This document shows, piece after piece, positions 51,101 through 64,000 of a stretch of 64,000 bases of DNA. Both the position numbers and the translations under genes were made by a program. Numbering within the stretch: position 1 is the first letter of the stretch; each line of letters begins with the position of its first letter. Source of the DNA: Schmidtea polychroa (Eukaryota); NCBI GenBank assembly GCA_044892525.1, contig CM097887.1, positions 101,162,397-101,226,396 on the forward strand, given 5' to 3'. The notes under the pieces are model-generated. The model saw nothing but the letters and a program-made list of their open reading frames with translations. It did no database searches and was not told the DNA's origin.

Positions 51101-54100
51101 TTTTCTTAATATTTGATTCTTTAAAGAATTTACGGTTTGCTTTAAATCTTTTCAATGTAATGTCAGATTTATGAAAATCCTAATCAAAATGCCGCTAAAC
51201 GTTGGAAATTGTCGTATTCATATGACGATGTAAAAGGTTTTGAAGAGTTATCGGCAAATTTTTCCTAAGATTTTAGTGTTATTATAAATTATTGGGAAGA
51301 CAACTGAGTTAATGTCTCTGTGAATCCAAACTTTTCAATTTATATATGGAATGTCCATTTCTTGTTATTAATGTCCTTCCTCATACAAATCTTCTGAGTT
51401 TTGATTATCTTCATCTGTCAATCAATAAGATTATCAACCACTTTAGAAAGGAAGAAAAAAACCTCGTAGAAATATAGATGTAACGTTTAACTTTTTGCCG
51501 GGGACCGTTTTGAAATATTTGTTTGTTGCAGTAAAATATGTTGATGACAAGGCTCAATAACGGAACACTTTCTTGAAGAGCACGTGTCGCAGTATCATTT
51601 ATTGTTTCCCTTAAATTTTTTCCAGTAAAATTTATAATAATAACCATCTAAAGTTGATTTTCTTGGTACACTTTGTTCTAGACTAGGGGTCGGCAACCAG
51701 TGGTCCAAATTTGCTTTTTTAGCGGCCCATAAATGATTGACCATACTTAAATATTTTGGTATATTATTTGAAAAATAAATTTTAAATGAATAATAAGTTA
51801 AATAATATTATGTACACTTACTCAAATAAGTCTGCCAACTCTATAGTCTATTTCTATATATTCTATAAAATATTCTAATTATAATCTAGTTAATTCTAAT
51901 ATATAGAATCTCTAACCAATAATTAACCAATAATTCGATGCGTGTTTTGAAACACTGTATTTTAATATTAAATTAAAGGTGGTGCTTCATGAATAGGTTT
52001 GACCTAAGCCTTGATGATCGGTCGCGACAAAGATTTATTCTACTGTATAATTCTCAGACAATCTGTCATCTAATTTCATCATGCAACTTGCACAAGCTAA
52101 CGAGTCACTGGGTGGCTGAATTCATTGAAATTAGCCGTTTTGGCACGCCTTTGAAACCGCATCGCCTATGTGTCCTGCTTACAACATAAAAGTGTGTTGC
52201 GAACATATTCAATTGTGGGGTTTCCTTATTGTTGCAGCTTCGTGATTATTATTNNNNNNNNNNNNNNNNNNNNNNNNNNNNNNNNNNNNNNNNNNNNNNN
52301 NNNNNNNNNNNNNNNNNNNNNNNNNNNNNNNNNNNNNNNNNNNNNNNNNNNNNNNNNNNNNNNNNNNNNNNNNNNNNNNNNNNNNNNNNNNNNNNNNNNN
52401 NNNNNNNNNNNNNNNNNNNNNNNNGGTAGAAGAAAACGCAAAATTACAGATGAAGGAAGAATTTTTAATGAGGATTGGAGCAGCAAATAGTTCTTTACTG
52501 AAAATGGTGGTAAGTCAATTTGTCTTATTTGTCATGAAATAATATAATGTCAAACGTCATTGCGAGAATGAACATGAAAAACAATACAAGGATTTGACCA
52601 GTGAAATTAGAAAAAATAAAATTAATAAATTGAAAGCTTCTTTGACTGCTCAACAAAGCATATTTAGGAAGCAAAGTATACATAATGAATTGGTGGTTCG
52701 TTCTAGTTATATTGTAGCGGAACTTGTTGCGAAAGAAAGAAGGCCTTTTACGAATTCAGAATTTCTTAAACGATGTTTACTAGATGTGTGACAAATATGT
52801 GACAACCAATAATGGCAGAAATATGTGTGGCTCTAAAATCGGTGTAGTAGGCAGAATTTACTGGGAATTACAGAATATAGGTTGTCATAATTCAATGGTG
52901 TTTCATTGCATCATTCATCAGGAATCACTTTGCTGTAAAATTTTATCATCAATTAAAGAAGTTATGAACACCGTGATATCAACTGTAAATTACATTCGCC
53001 ACCACGGTCAGAAATACCGTCAATTTCAAGAATTCAATGACGTTATTTACTACTCAGCAGTTAAATGGCTAAGTAGAGTTGCTAAGTAGAGGTGTTCTAA
53101 GAAGGTTTTTTAATTTACGTGAAGAAATATATATTTTCATGACGGAGCAAGAAAATACTATCTTACAACTATCGGATCAAAAATGGTCAATGTCTCTTGC
53201 ATTTATGGTAGATATTACAGCGTACCTTTTATGAACTTAATTTGAACCTGCAGGCCAAAAGTAAATTACTCGCAGACCTGTTTTCTGTCATAAACATTTT
53301 TGAAGCCAAATTAAGTCTGTTGAAGAAACATGATTGAAGAAAATCGAAACCATTTTATATGTTGTAAACTTGTATCTGCAGATGGATGACAAACGCAAAG
53401 TGGCACTTTCGTTACTGTTGTTGAATATTTACAAACTGAATTTTCAACAAGGTTTATGGATTTTTATAGAAAAAGCAGCGGAATACGAATGTTTTTGAAG
53501 CCTTTCAATGTTGACATCAATGACATACCAAACAAACTGCAAATGAAATTTTGCAATTGCAACATAATGACACATATTAAAGAGTGCATTTTTGTTGGAA
53601 AATAGCCAACAATTTTATCGATGTTTACCAAAACAATCAGTTTCGTGAAGAAGATAATAGTAGCATTTAGAAGCACATATATTTGTGGACAAGCATCTTC
53701 CTCCATGAGTTTTAGAAAGAATAAATGTGCTTCTCAACTGACTGTATGCTTATATTCGGATTTGCACATCAGGTATAAAAGCTGATTTAGATAATTTGGC
53801 TAAGGACAAACCACCACAAAAGTCTCATTAAGAAAGGAGACAAAGACAAGTATGCATGAACTGTTTTTATTAAATATTTTTTATTCGGTTTCTTTTATAA
53901 ATCATGTTTGTTTCATATCTCATATTTTAAAAGTTCAAAGTTTAAATATTTCTTGTTTTGCTAATGATTGTTCTAATAAAAATTTATTAGTAATTTTTTT
54001 ACACTTTTCCTCTTCTAAAATCTGAAATCTAACACTTGCGGCTCTTTTATTAAACTAAAAGTTGAATGTGGCCCTTAAGTCTTAAAAGGTTGCCGACCCC

Positions 54101-55487
54101 CGTTCTAGACTATTAATTGTATCTTTTTAAATGTACTATTATAAATACAACTAATAAAAACTAAGTTTTATTTTTTAATTCTTAGTTTTTCAAACATTGA
54201 AATAATATATCATCTACATTCACATCTTTTCATTATTTTCATAATAATTTTATGCGTAAATAAATGTAGCATTGAATTTTTTGATATTATTTATTGTTGA
54301 AAATTCTATTTTTAAAAAACAAAAATGTGAGTTCACCTAAACGGCTTGATATAACTTATTTAGAATTAAACATTTTTAATTTAATTAACTTTTCTCTCAG
54401 TATTCTCGTTTTCTATAAATCATCATAATTAGAAATTAAATCTGTTATGCTTTCCGTTAATCGTTGAATAAAGACATCCTAATTATCCAAAATTTATATT
54501 TTCTAACCACTCATAATTTCTGTATTTGACTCCAGTTGAAATTGTAATATTATTAAATATAGCAACATATCTCTGAGTAACCGATATTTTTCAGAACGTT
54601 ATCGCTTATTCATTTGCCTTATTTTTTGCCAAACTTGTTTCATATACATTCCTTTATTGGTTGCCAAATTATTTGAATCGGGTTGGACAAGGTATGACAC
54701 CGAAAATGGCTGGAAATCTATCAACCCTTTTTGATATTGGTGGGATATTCGGTGGAATTTTAGCCGGTTTCGCTAGTGACATGTGGTTGATTTCTAGCTC
54801 CAAACCGTCTTCGTCAAACGGTCGATCGGGTACTTGTGCGGTGATGTTATTTCTAGCTGCCCCAATGGTTTGTTAAAGTTTAACTTTAACACAACTAAAA
54901 CTTGTTTAATTTTAAGATGTTTCTTTACCAATATGTTGCCGCTGATCAGTCGTATTTTTCATATTGTAAGTATATAAATCTTTGGTGAGATTGGAAATAT
55001 AATTGCATTAGTTTTGTTATTAATATGTGGACTTCTGGTAAATGGCCCGTATGCTTTGATTACTACTGCTGTGAGCGCAGATCTCGGCAGTCAAAATGAT
55101 AAACACAATTCGAGAGCCTTAGCAACAGTCACTGCAATTATAGATGGCACTGGATCACTAGGTTTCTTCTTTTCCAATATTCGTTTAATTTATCTATGAC
55201 CTTTAGGTGCTGCTCTTGGTCCATTTTTAACTGGATTAATTGTGCCAACTGGATGGTCTAATGTGTTCGTTATGCTCATTATCGCCGATTTGTTGGCATT
55301 AATGGCGACATTTTTTATCATTTTGAGAAACAACCACATAAATAAAGCTGATAATATCCCACATAATAGATCAGTATTTTCCAAATTTGTGACTTTAGAT
55401 TCTTTATTGAGCTTGAAACATTTATTGATCCTATTTTCTTCAATTATTATTTTCTGTTTGTTATTTTTTACGATTAAGTTGCGATAA
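45170..55487 (+). CDS. SLC37A2: Host multi-exon SLC37A1/A2-like sugar-phosphate exchanger (MFS); 3' end approximate
   Basis: Spliced reading MRTKPP..LILTFICYTTFHMSRKPISIVKS..WCNWKPF; GWPAVVTIMGNWFGK; RGLIMGVWNSHTSFGN; FAKLVSYTFLYWLP; NGPYALITTAVSADLG; GT-AG introns such as 45235-45283, 45439-45480, 45560-45614, 46563-46614, 46782-46830. Confidence 0.9.
47449..47696. other. Assembly gap (N run)
   Basis: Run of n. Confidence 1.
47960..48330 (+). pseudogene. Tc1-like transposase remnant (intronic)
   Basis: W..IDWYKVMFADE and TVKHSPSAMIWAAISS.G.G motifs. Confidence 0.75.
49640..49920 (-). pseudogene. HSP90: HSP90 N-terminal (ATPase domain) fragment, degenerate, intronic
   Basis: KELKIKI...LTIIETGIG...ADFINNLG...ISMIGQFDVGFYSSYLVTDKV, with stops and frameshifts. 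Confidence 0.85.
51684..54102 (+). mobile_element. Defective hAT (Charlie/Buster, GTF2IRD2-like) transposon with TIRs and TSD, intronic
   Basis: TIRs taggggtcggcaacc / ggttgccgacccccg (13/15); perfect 8-bp TSD ttctagac (51676-51683, 54103-54110); fragments RKRKI..EGRIFNEDW, RPFTNSEFLK, FHCIIHQESLC, VKWLSR. Confidence 0.92.
52254..52424. other. Assembly gap (N run)
   Basis: Run of n. Confidence 1.
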
Positions 55488-55899
55488 TATTCAATATAAT
55501 TTTATTGTTTTTATTATTTTATTATTATTTATTTATTAATAAAAAATTAATTTTTAAAAAATACGTGTTTATTGATTTTTAGTCCCAAATAAAGTTTATA
55601 TCGATTATATAAAACAAAATTTTCGATTGCATTTTTTTGAAAAAGGGTTTGATGTTTGTTGAATCGAAAAATTTGCTAAAAAACGATTGGAAATGATTTT
55701 AAAAAGCTTTGAATAAATGTGAAATGTCATAGAATATAATAAAATTCGAAAGTTTTCATTTTGATCAAAAGTGTTGAAAAGTACACTTAATAGTGTCAAA
55801 ACTAGTGTAATTAAACATTAGTTATTATATAATAAAAGCAGTTTATTCTTTTTTCTTAAAATTATAATTAAAATAATATGTTATTTTTAAAATTTTATC

Positions 55900-57710
55900 A
55901 TTTAGAATTTAATTTAATAATTTAAAATTATTTTTATTAATTATTTAATTTAACAAACAACAATCAATACATACAATATACAAAAAATTATTAAAAACAT
56001 TTAAAACATAAGTATTCACTGCTTTCTGCATATTAATTTTCAATGTCTATCACAATGCCTCACAAATTATACGTTCCCAATAATTATCGAAATTTTTTAA
56101 TAAAATTTTAAAATTAGACATACCTATTTTACTCTTACAGCCCTTATTGTGCTCACTAGTATTGGTTAAAGTCTTCGGACTATAATCCTCTCGAGCTCGA
56201 ATATTGAGATGACGGGAAGTCTCTCCAATGTATGTGGCATTACAGCCATTACATGTACACTGATAAACGAGATCAGAACATAATTCGACCGGAGTTTTAG
56301 ACTTATTAATAAACATATGGCGTACTTACTATAAATTGACATTATCCTATAGTTTAAATTCCCTAACTGCTTCCCTCCCTTTATAATTCTTTAAACCTTC
56401 TGAGTACGGCAATACTAACAAAAATTTAGGCTCATCATCCTTACTCACACTATTTTATTTAACTCATCAGACTCACACCTCAACAAAATCACACCCATAT
56501 TTTCTCAAACATGGATCTTTAGGATTTCTAATTAATTTGTCAACAGTCTTTTACTATAATTGATAAAAAGGATTTTGAATAACCATTCTTCATCAACAAT
56601 TCAACCAATTTGTCAACACTTTTTACTGAATTTACAAAAGTATAAGACAAAGACCATGAACGATAAATCAACCCCTTCACCATATGTCTTTTATACTTGA
56701 ATTCACAGAAACTTTCGGATGAAGTATAGAGACCATTATCAGTTGGTTTTCTATAAATCTCTGTCTCATAGTGTTTCTCTGCGTTGTATTAATATATCCA
56801 AGAAAGCAAGTGATGATTTGTTCTCCGTTTCACATGTGAATACAATGTATTAATATAGACTATTCATATAATGCAAAAACGGATCAACATGCCTCTGATT
56901 TTCAAATATAAGAAAAATATCATTCACATACCGTTTATAAACAGTGGGTTTCATACATTGGAAAAATGCAATTTTCTTTTCTAAGCTTGCAACTAATTGA
57001 AGCCATCGTTGGTGCTAAAGCAGAACCCATAGCAACTCCATCTATTTATTGATACCATTCATTATTATTGAAAAGAAAATTGATTTTTGAAGTTGCAAAT
57101 ACAAGAAGTACACGAAATGCCCTTCCATCCAAAATATGATGTTCAGAAATGTTTTCATTCCATAACAAGCAACATAATTCAATCGTTTCAACCAATGGTA
57201 CATTAGTAAACAGACTACAAACATCAAACGAAACCATAATTTCATCCACACTTTGTCTATCATATTGTGCAATGCAGAAAACAAATTCAAAACTATCTTT
57301 ACCTTCGAATTCTGATCGTATTTATGGTTTTAATAATCCATCCAAATATTTGGCTATTTTATACTGGGCAGTGCCAGTCATAGATAAAACAGTTCTCATA
57401 GGCATGCCATCTTTATGGATTTTTGGAAGTCCATACATTTTTCCTTACATTTTTAATGAATTTATTCAGTATCTCTTTTAACGAATTCTCATCCTTAAGA
57501 GGAGGCTGTATTCCATTTTCCCGAGAAATCTCTGCTTTCACAAACTGAAGAGCATTCAAAACATCATTAAGCTTATTCACATATAAGTCGTGGTCAAGAA
57601 TTACCAATCCATTTCCTTTCTCAAACTTACATATATTGATGTCTTTCTTAGCTAAATTTTTTAATATAAAAAAAATCTTTAATATTCTGCTTTTTATTTT
57701 TATCAATATA
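55900..57710 (-). mobile_element. Second, degenerate Penelope-like element of the same family as 10-2250
   Basis: KGNGLVILD, SFDVCSLFTNVP and VYQCTCNGCNATYIGETSR in several frames; its 3' flank matches 2250-2300. Confidence 0.92.
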
Positions 57711-59512
57711 CTCCATCGTACTCGAACTCAACACACTCTTCACACGATTAGTATTAATATCCTTCATCGATCGAAGTATATGAAAGTATTAACTTTCAAT
57801 CTTAGAACATAATTTTGTTTTATCAATTATTTTCTTAATGAAATGATTGGAACCAAATTTTAAAATACGATTCCTCCTCTTCAGACAAATACTTTACTCA
57901 TATTTATTAATGTAAACAAGGCATGCAAAATACATGCAAAGTTTAACAAAGACAACATATAAACAAACTTATTGTATAGTTTTTAAATGTCAATAATACA
58001 ATAGATAAAAGTAATTTGAATAATTTTTAATCCACTTTTTGTTTGAAAAATTATCAGAAATAACTGGTGCAAAAATAGAGGACATATTATCGGTTTCAAA
58101 TGCATTAAACATAGGCTGGGTAGCTGAGAGTGAAGATTCTTGATTGATTGAAACTGATTAAGAAATAACTCAACAAATTGATGAGGAAATCACTGAACCT
58201 GTAGATGAACCTAAAGAACAATTCACGGACAAAGAACTGCATGTATATATCGATTTTACTGATTGTGTCTATCATGTCGTTGAAAATGTTAAGAAATGCA
58301 AGTTTAATATGGGTTTTAAACTTGGTTTTCTGCCAGTCTATTTCCCTAGCATTTCGGGCGAGTTTATTGTGTGTACCTCATCCGTCATTGGCTTCTATTT
58401 ATGGAGAAAACTTGGATTTAATTATCTAAAAATGAATAATATTAATGATATATATATATAGAATATAAAAACTTACTTCTTGAGACTGCTGATAATAGTG
58501 TTCTGAGTCATATAGACTTTTTTCTATAATAATCTTCATGTAGATGAACCCTACAATTATTCTTGTTCACTTCATTTCTTCATCGAATATACAGTTGAAA
58601 ATCCGGTTGAAATAAAACTTTTTGGTCTCCAAACAATCCATATCCAACATGCATTGATAGTCAATATAGTTTCCTTCGATGATTATTTCGGTCCGATTGA
58701 CTAGGAAACTGAGGCTTTCCATGTTGAGCTCGTTTAACAAGTTTTCAATCAAATTTGTCTGTGACATTTTTATAAAAATTTAAAATATACTGTTTAATTT
58801 ATACTACTACTGTTTGATTGCAATATGATTCTGATTGGTTAATATAGTATAAATGTAAAGCATGAGTTTCGATTTGATACAACATGAATACATTATTTCT
58901 ATTGATAATTAATATAATGAGTGTGTGCTCATGCAATACAACAATAACAGTGGAGTCTTCAAATAAATCAATATGTGTTTGTCCAAATACCACCAAGTTG
59001 ATGGATATTTTTAACTATTATTGACATACCAAACTGGTTAAAGCTTTCAGGAAAAAGAATATCCGAGAGATTAGAGAATTTAGAAATCAGCCTTGACCTA
59101 CCACTTGAAAATATACAACCGTCAAAACTAAAATTACACGATGATGTTGATCATTTCAAAAAATCAATTGTGGAAAATACAAAGGATATGAAAATTATTG
59201 ACAAGAAACATAACCACATGTTAAGAAAGATTGAATTAATAATATGGGAAATTCGAACAATAAAAGAATCATTGGAATATCTGAAAACTGTTAAAAATTC
59301 AAAGTTACCAATTTAAAACCAAGTGGCCGCAAATATGAGTACATCAATATTTATATTACCATTGTTAATTTTAAATTATTTTATTGTTTAATAAATGTAA
59401 TAACATGTTTTATTGTCTTGATTAATATTCCGATAAGCCCTTTGAAAAACCGTTAAACGAGTTACTGTTCAATGAAATCCCTTGGTAGGAATTCCGAAAA
59501 CTAAAATTTAAA

Positions 59513-62500
59513 AAATTTGACACTTCATTTATGAAATTTACATTTGATGAATAGTTCATAAGGATGTCGAGAAAAGGAAAACCAATACTTTCAATTTTAG
59601 GACGGTCACCCATTTGAGTACTAACGAGACCTTTACCTGCTGCAGTTTCAATTATAGTGAAAATTTGATAAATTCCTCTTCACCATCACCTTGAAGGTTT
59701 GAATGTCAAAAATCCCTCTGTTAAAATTGGGAGTGTGACAGATTTATTTGTGGGGAAATTTGACACTTCATTTATGAAATTTACATTTGATGAATAGTTC
59801 ATAAGGAAGTCGAGAAAAGGAAAACCAATACTTTCAATTTTAGGACGGTCACCCACTTGAGAACTAACGAGACCTTTACCTGCTGCAGTTTCAATTATAG
59901 TGAAAATTTGATAAATTCCTCTTCACCATCACCTTGAAGGTGTGAATGTCAAAAATCCCTCTGTTAAAATTGGGAGTGTGACAGATTTATTTGTGGGGAA
60001 ATTTGACACTTCATTTATGAAATTTACATTTGATGAATAGTTCATAAGGAAGTCGAGAAAAGGAAAACCAATACTTTCAATTTTAGGACGGTCACCCATT
60101 TGAGTACTAACGAGACCTTTACCTGCTGCAGTTTCAATTATAGTGAAAATTTGATAAAATCCTCTTCACCATCACCTTGAAGGTTTGAATGTCAAAAATC
60201 CCTCTGTTAAAATTGGGAGTGTGACAGATTTATTTGTGGGGAAATTTGACACTTCATTTATGAAATTTACATTTGATGAATAGTTCATAAGGAAGTCGAG
60301 AAAAGGAAAACCAATACTTTCAATTTTAGGACGGTCATCCATTTGAGTACTAACGAGACCTTTACCTGCTGCAGTTTCAATTATAGTGAAAATTTGATAA
60401 ATTCCTCTTCATCATCACCTTGAAGGTGTGAATGTCAAAAATCCCTCTGTTAAAATTGGGAGTGTGACAGATTTATTTGTGGGGAAAATTGACACTTCAT
60501 TTATGAAATTTACATTTGATGAATAGTTCATAAGGAAGTCGAGAAAATAAAAACCAATACTTTCAATTTTAGGACGGTCATCCATTTGAGTACTAACGAG
60601 ACCTTTACCTGCTGCAGTTTCAATTATAGTGAAAATTTGATAAATTCCTCTTCACCATCACCTTGAAGGTTTGAATGTCAAAAATCCCTCTGTTAAAATT
60701 GGGAGTGTGACAGATTTATTTGTGGGGAAATTTGACACTTCATTTATGAAATTTACATTTGATGAATAGTTCATAAGGAAGTCGAGAAAAGGAAAACCAA
60801 TACTTTCAATTTTAGGACGGTCACCCATTTGAGTACTAACGAGACCTTTACCTGCTGCAGTTTCAATTATAGTGAAAATTTGATAAATTCCTCTTCACCA
60901 TCACCTTGAAGGTTTGAATGTCAAAAATCCCTCTGTTAAAATTGGGAGTGTGACAGATTTATTTGTGGGGAAATTTGACACTTCATTTATGAAATTTACA
61001 TTTGATGAATAGTTCATAAGGAAGTCGAGAAAAGGAAAACCAATACTTTCAATTTTAGGACGGTCACCCATTTGAGTACTAACGAGACCTTTACCTGCTG
61101 CAGTTTCAATTATAGTGAAAATTTGATAAATTCCTCTTCACCATCACCTTGAAGGTTTGAATGTCAAAAATCCCTCTGTTAAAATTGGGAGTGTGACAGA
61201 TTTATTTGTGGGGAAATTTGACACTTCATTTATGAAATTTACATTTGATGAATAGTTCATAAGGAAGTCGAGAAAAGGAAAACCAATACTTTCAATTTTA
61301 GGACGGTCACCCATTTGAGTACTAACGAGACCTTTACCTGCTGCAGTTTCAATTATAGTGAAAATTTGATAAATTCCTCTTCACCATCACCTTGAAGGTT
61401 TGAATGTCAAAAATCCCTCTGTTAAAATTGGGAGTGTGACAGATTTATTTGTGGGGAAATTTGACACTTCATTTATGAAATTTACATTTGATGAATAGTT
61501 CATAAGGAAGTCGAGAAAAGGAAAACCAATACTTTCAATTTTAGGACGGTCACCCATTTGAGTACTAACGAGACCTTTACCTGCTGCAGTTTCAATTATA
61601 GTGAAAATTTGATAAATTCCTCTTCACCATCACCTTGAAGGTTTGAATGTCAAAAATCCCTCTGTTAAAATTGGGAGTGTGACAGATTTATTTGTGGGGA
61701 AATTTGACACTTCATTTATGAAATTTACATTTGATGAATAGTTCATAAGGAAGTCGAGAAAAGGAAAACCAATACTTTCAATTTTAGGACGGTCACCCAT
61801 TTGAGAACTAACGAGACCTTTACCTGCTGCAGTTTCAATTATAGTGAAAATTTGATAAATTCCTCTTCACCATCACCTTGAAGGTGTGAATGTCAAAAAT
61901 CCCTCTGTTAAAATTGGGAGTGTGACAGATTTATTTGTGGGGAAATTTGACACTTCATTTATGAAATTTACATTTGATGAATAGTTCATAAGGAAGTCGA
62001 GAAAAGGAAAACCAATACTTTCAATTTTAGGACGGTCACCCATTTGAGTACTAACGAGACCTTTACCTGCTGCAGTTTCAATTATAGTGAAAATTTGATA
62101 AAATCCTCTTCACCATCACCTTGAAGGTTTGAATGTCAAAAATCCCTCTGTTAAAATTGGGAGTGTGACAGATTTATTTGTGGGGAAATTTGACACTTCA
62201 TTTATGAAATTTACATTTGATGAATAGTTCATAAGGAAGTCGAGAAAAGGAAAACCAATACTTTCAATTTTAGGACGGTCACCCATTTGAGTACTAACGA
62301 GACCTTTACCTGCTGCAGTTTCAATTATAGTGAAAATTTGATAAATTCCTCTTCACCATCACCTTGAAGGTGTGAATGTCAAAAATCCCTCTGTTAAAAT
62401 TGGGAGTGTGACAGATTTATTTGTGGGGAAATTTGACACTTCATTTATGAAATTTACATTTGATGAATAGTTCATAAGGAAGTCGAGAAAAGGAAAACCA

Positions 62501-64000
62501 ATACTTTCAATTTTAGGACGGTCACCCATTTGAGTACTAACGAGACCTTTACCTGCTGCAGTTTCAATTATAGTGAAAATTTGATAAAATCCTCTTCACC
62601 ATCACCTTAAAGGTTTGAATGTCAAAAATCCCTCTGTTAAAATTGGGAGTGTGACAGATTTATTTGTGGGGAAATTTGACACTTCATTTATGAAATTTAC
62701 ATTTGATGAATAGTTCATAAGGAAGTCGAGAAAAGAAAAACCAATACTTTCAATTTAAGGACGGTCATCCATTTGAGTACTAACGAGACCTTTACCTGCT
62801 GCAGTTTCAATTATAGTGAAAATTTGATAAATTCCTCTTCACCATCACCTTGAATGTGTGAATGTCAAAAATCCCTCTGTTAAAATTGGGAGTGTGACAG
62901 ATTTATTTGTGGGGAAATTTGACACTTCATTTATGAAATTTACATTTGATGAATAGTTCATAAGGAAGTCGAGAAAAGGAAAACCAATACTTTCAATTTT
63001 AGGACGGTCATCCATTTGAGTACTAACGAGACCTTTACCTGCTGCAGTTTCAATTATAGTGAAAATTTGATAAAATCCTCTTCACCATCACCTTGAAAGT
63101 TTGAATGTCAAAAATCCCTCTGTTAAAATTGGGAGTGTGACAGATTTATTTGTGGGGAAATTTGACACTTCATTTATGAAATTTACATTTGATGAATAGT
63201 TCATAAGGAAGTCGAGAAAAGGAAAACCAATACTTTCAATTTTAGGACGGTCATCCATTTGAGTACTAACGAGACCTTTACCTGCTGCAGTTTCAATTAT
63301 AGTGAAAATTTGATAAATTCCTCTTCACCATCACCTTGAAGGTTTGAATGTCAAAAATCCCTCTGTTAAAATTGGGAGTGTGACAGATTTATTTGTGGGG
63401 AAATTTGACACTTCATTTATGAAATTTACATTTGATGAATAGTTCATAAGGAAGTCGAGAAAAGGAAAACCAATACTTTCAATTTTAGGACGGTCACCCA
63501 TTTGAGAACTAACGAGACCTTTACCTGCTGCAGTTTCAATTATAGTGAAAATTTGATAAATTCCTCTTCACCATCACCTTGAAGGTGTGAATGTCAAAAA
63601 TCCCTCTGTTAAAATTGGGAGTGTGACAGATTTATTTGTGGGGAAATTTGACACTTCATTTATGAAATTTACATTTGATGAATAGTTCATAAGGAAGTCG
63701 AGAAAAGGAAAACCAATACTTTCAATTTTAGGACGGTCACCCATTTGAGTACTAACGAGACCTTTACCTGCTGCAGTTTCAATTATAGTGAAAATTTGAT
63801 AAAATCCTCTTCACCATCACCTTGAAGGTTTGAATGTCAAAAATCCCTCTGTTAAAATTGGAAGTGTGACAGATTTATTTGTGGGGAAATTTGACACTTC
63901 ATTTATGAAATTTACATTTGATGAATAGTTCATAAGGAAGTCGAGAAAAGGAAAACCAATACTTTCAATTTTAGGACGGTCACCCATTTGAGTACTAACG
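59513..64000. repeat. 243-bp satellite array, about 18.5 near-identical copies, running past the window end
   Basis: aaatttgacacttc recurs at 59513, 59756, 59999, 60242 and onward. Confidence 0.98.

Noticed and set aside
50560-51650. Coding-like degenerate minus-strand sequence in the SLC37 intron
   Set aside because: Multiple stops and no motif I can assign; probably another TE remnant.
58080-59000. Short ORFs on both strands (58205-58429, 58567-58767, 58799-58996)
   Set aside because: No recognisable domain or convincing exon chain.
59513-64000. CRISPR or repeat-protein gene
   Set aside because: Whole 243-bp units are near-identical with no unique spacers, and no frame stays open across units.

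Overview
AT-rich animal genomic window, judged from spliceosomal introns of about 40-55 nt and a heavy transposon load. Its centrepiece is an apparently intact giant Ty3/Gypsy-type LTR retroelement of 30,276 bp (10857-41132). The element has near-identical 4.1-kb LTRs (TGTTGG...CCAACA), a tRNA-Pro primer binding site and one 4623-aa ORF. That ORF reads Gag (3 CCHC) - three ubiquitin-like domains - Bcl-2-like domain - signal peptide + chuvirus/herpes-gB-like glycoprotein + TM - protease - RT - RNase H - integrase - two ankyrin modules - a second membrane protein. The envelope therefore lies between Gag and Pol. The element also carries an ORF inside each LTR, an IAP-type RING E3 gene in the leader, and a 3' operon-like string of five intronless genes (a full-length TRAF, three coiled-coil proteins, a membrane protein). 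Their short spacers contain AATAAA, repeated TGTAHATA motifs and AG acceptors next to each ATG. The cargo (IAP-RING, TRAF, Bcl-2-like, ankyrin, UBL) suggests a retroelement-borne toolkit for the TNF/NF-kB/apoptosis axis; that function is inference. The rest of the window holds two Penelope-like elements (one with a minimal hammerhead ribozyme and an in-frame tandem amplification of its RT core), hAT, MULE, mariner and Tc1 remnants, a host SLC37A sugar-phosphate exchanger gene, an HSP90 fragment and a 243-bp satellite. All family assignments come from motif recognition by eye; no database searches were run.
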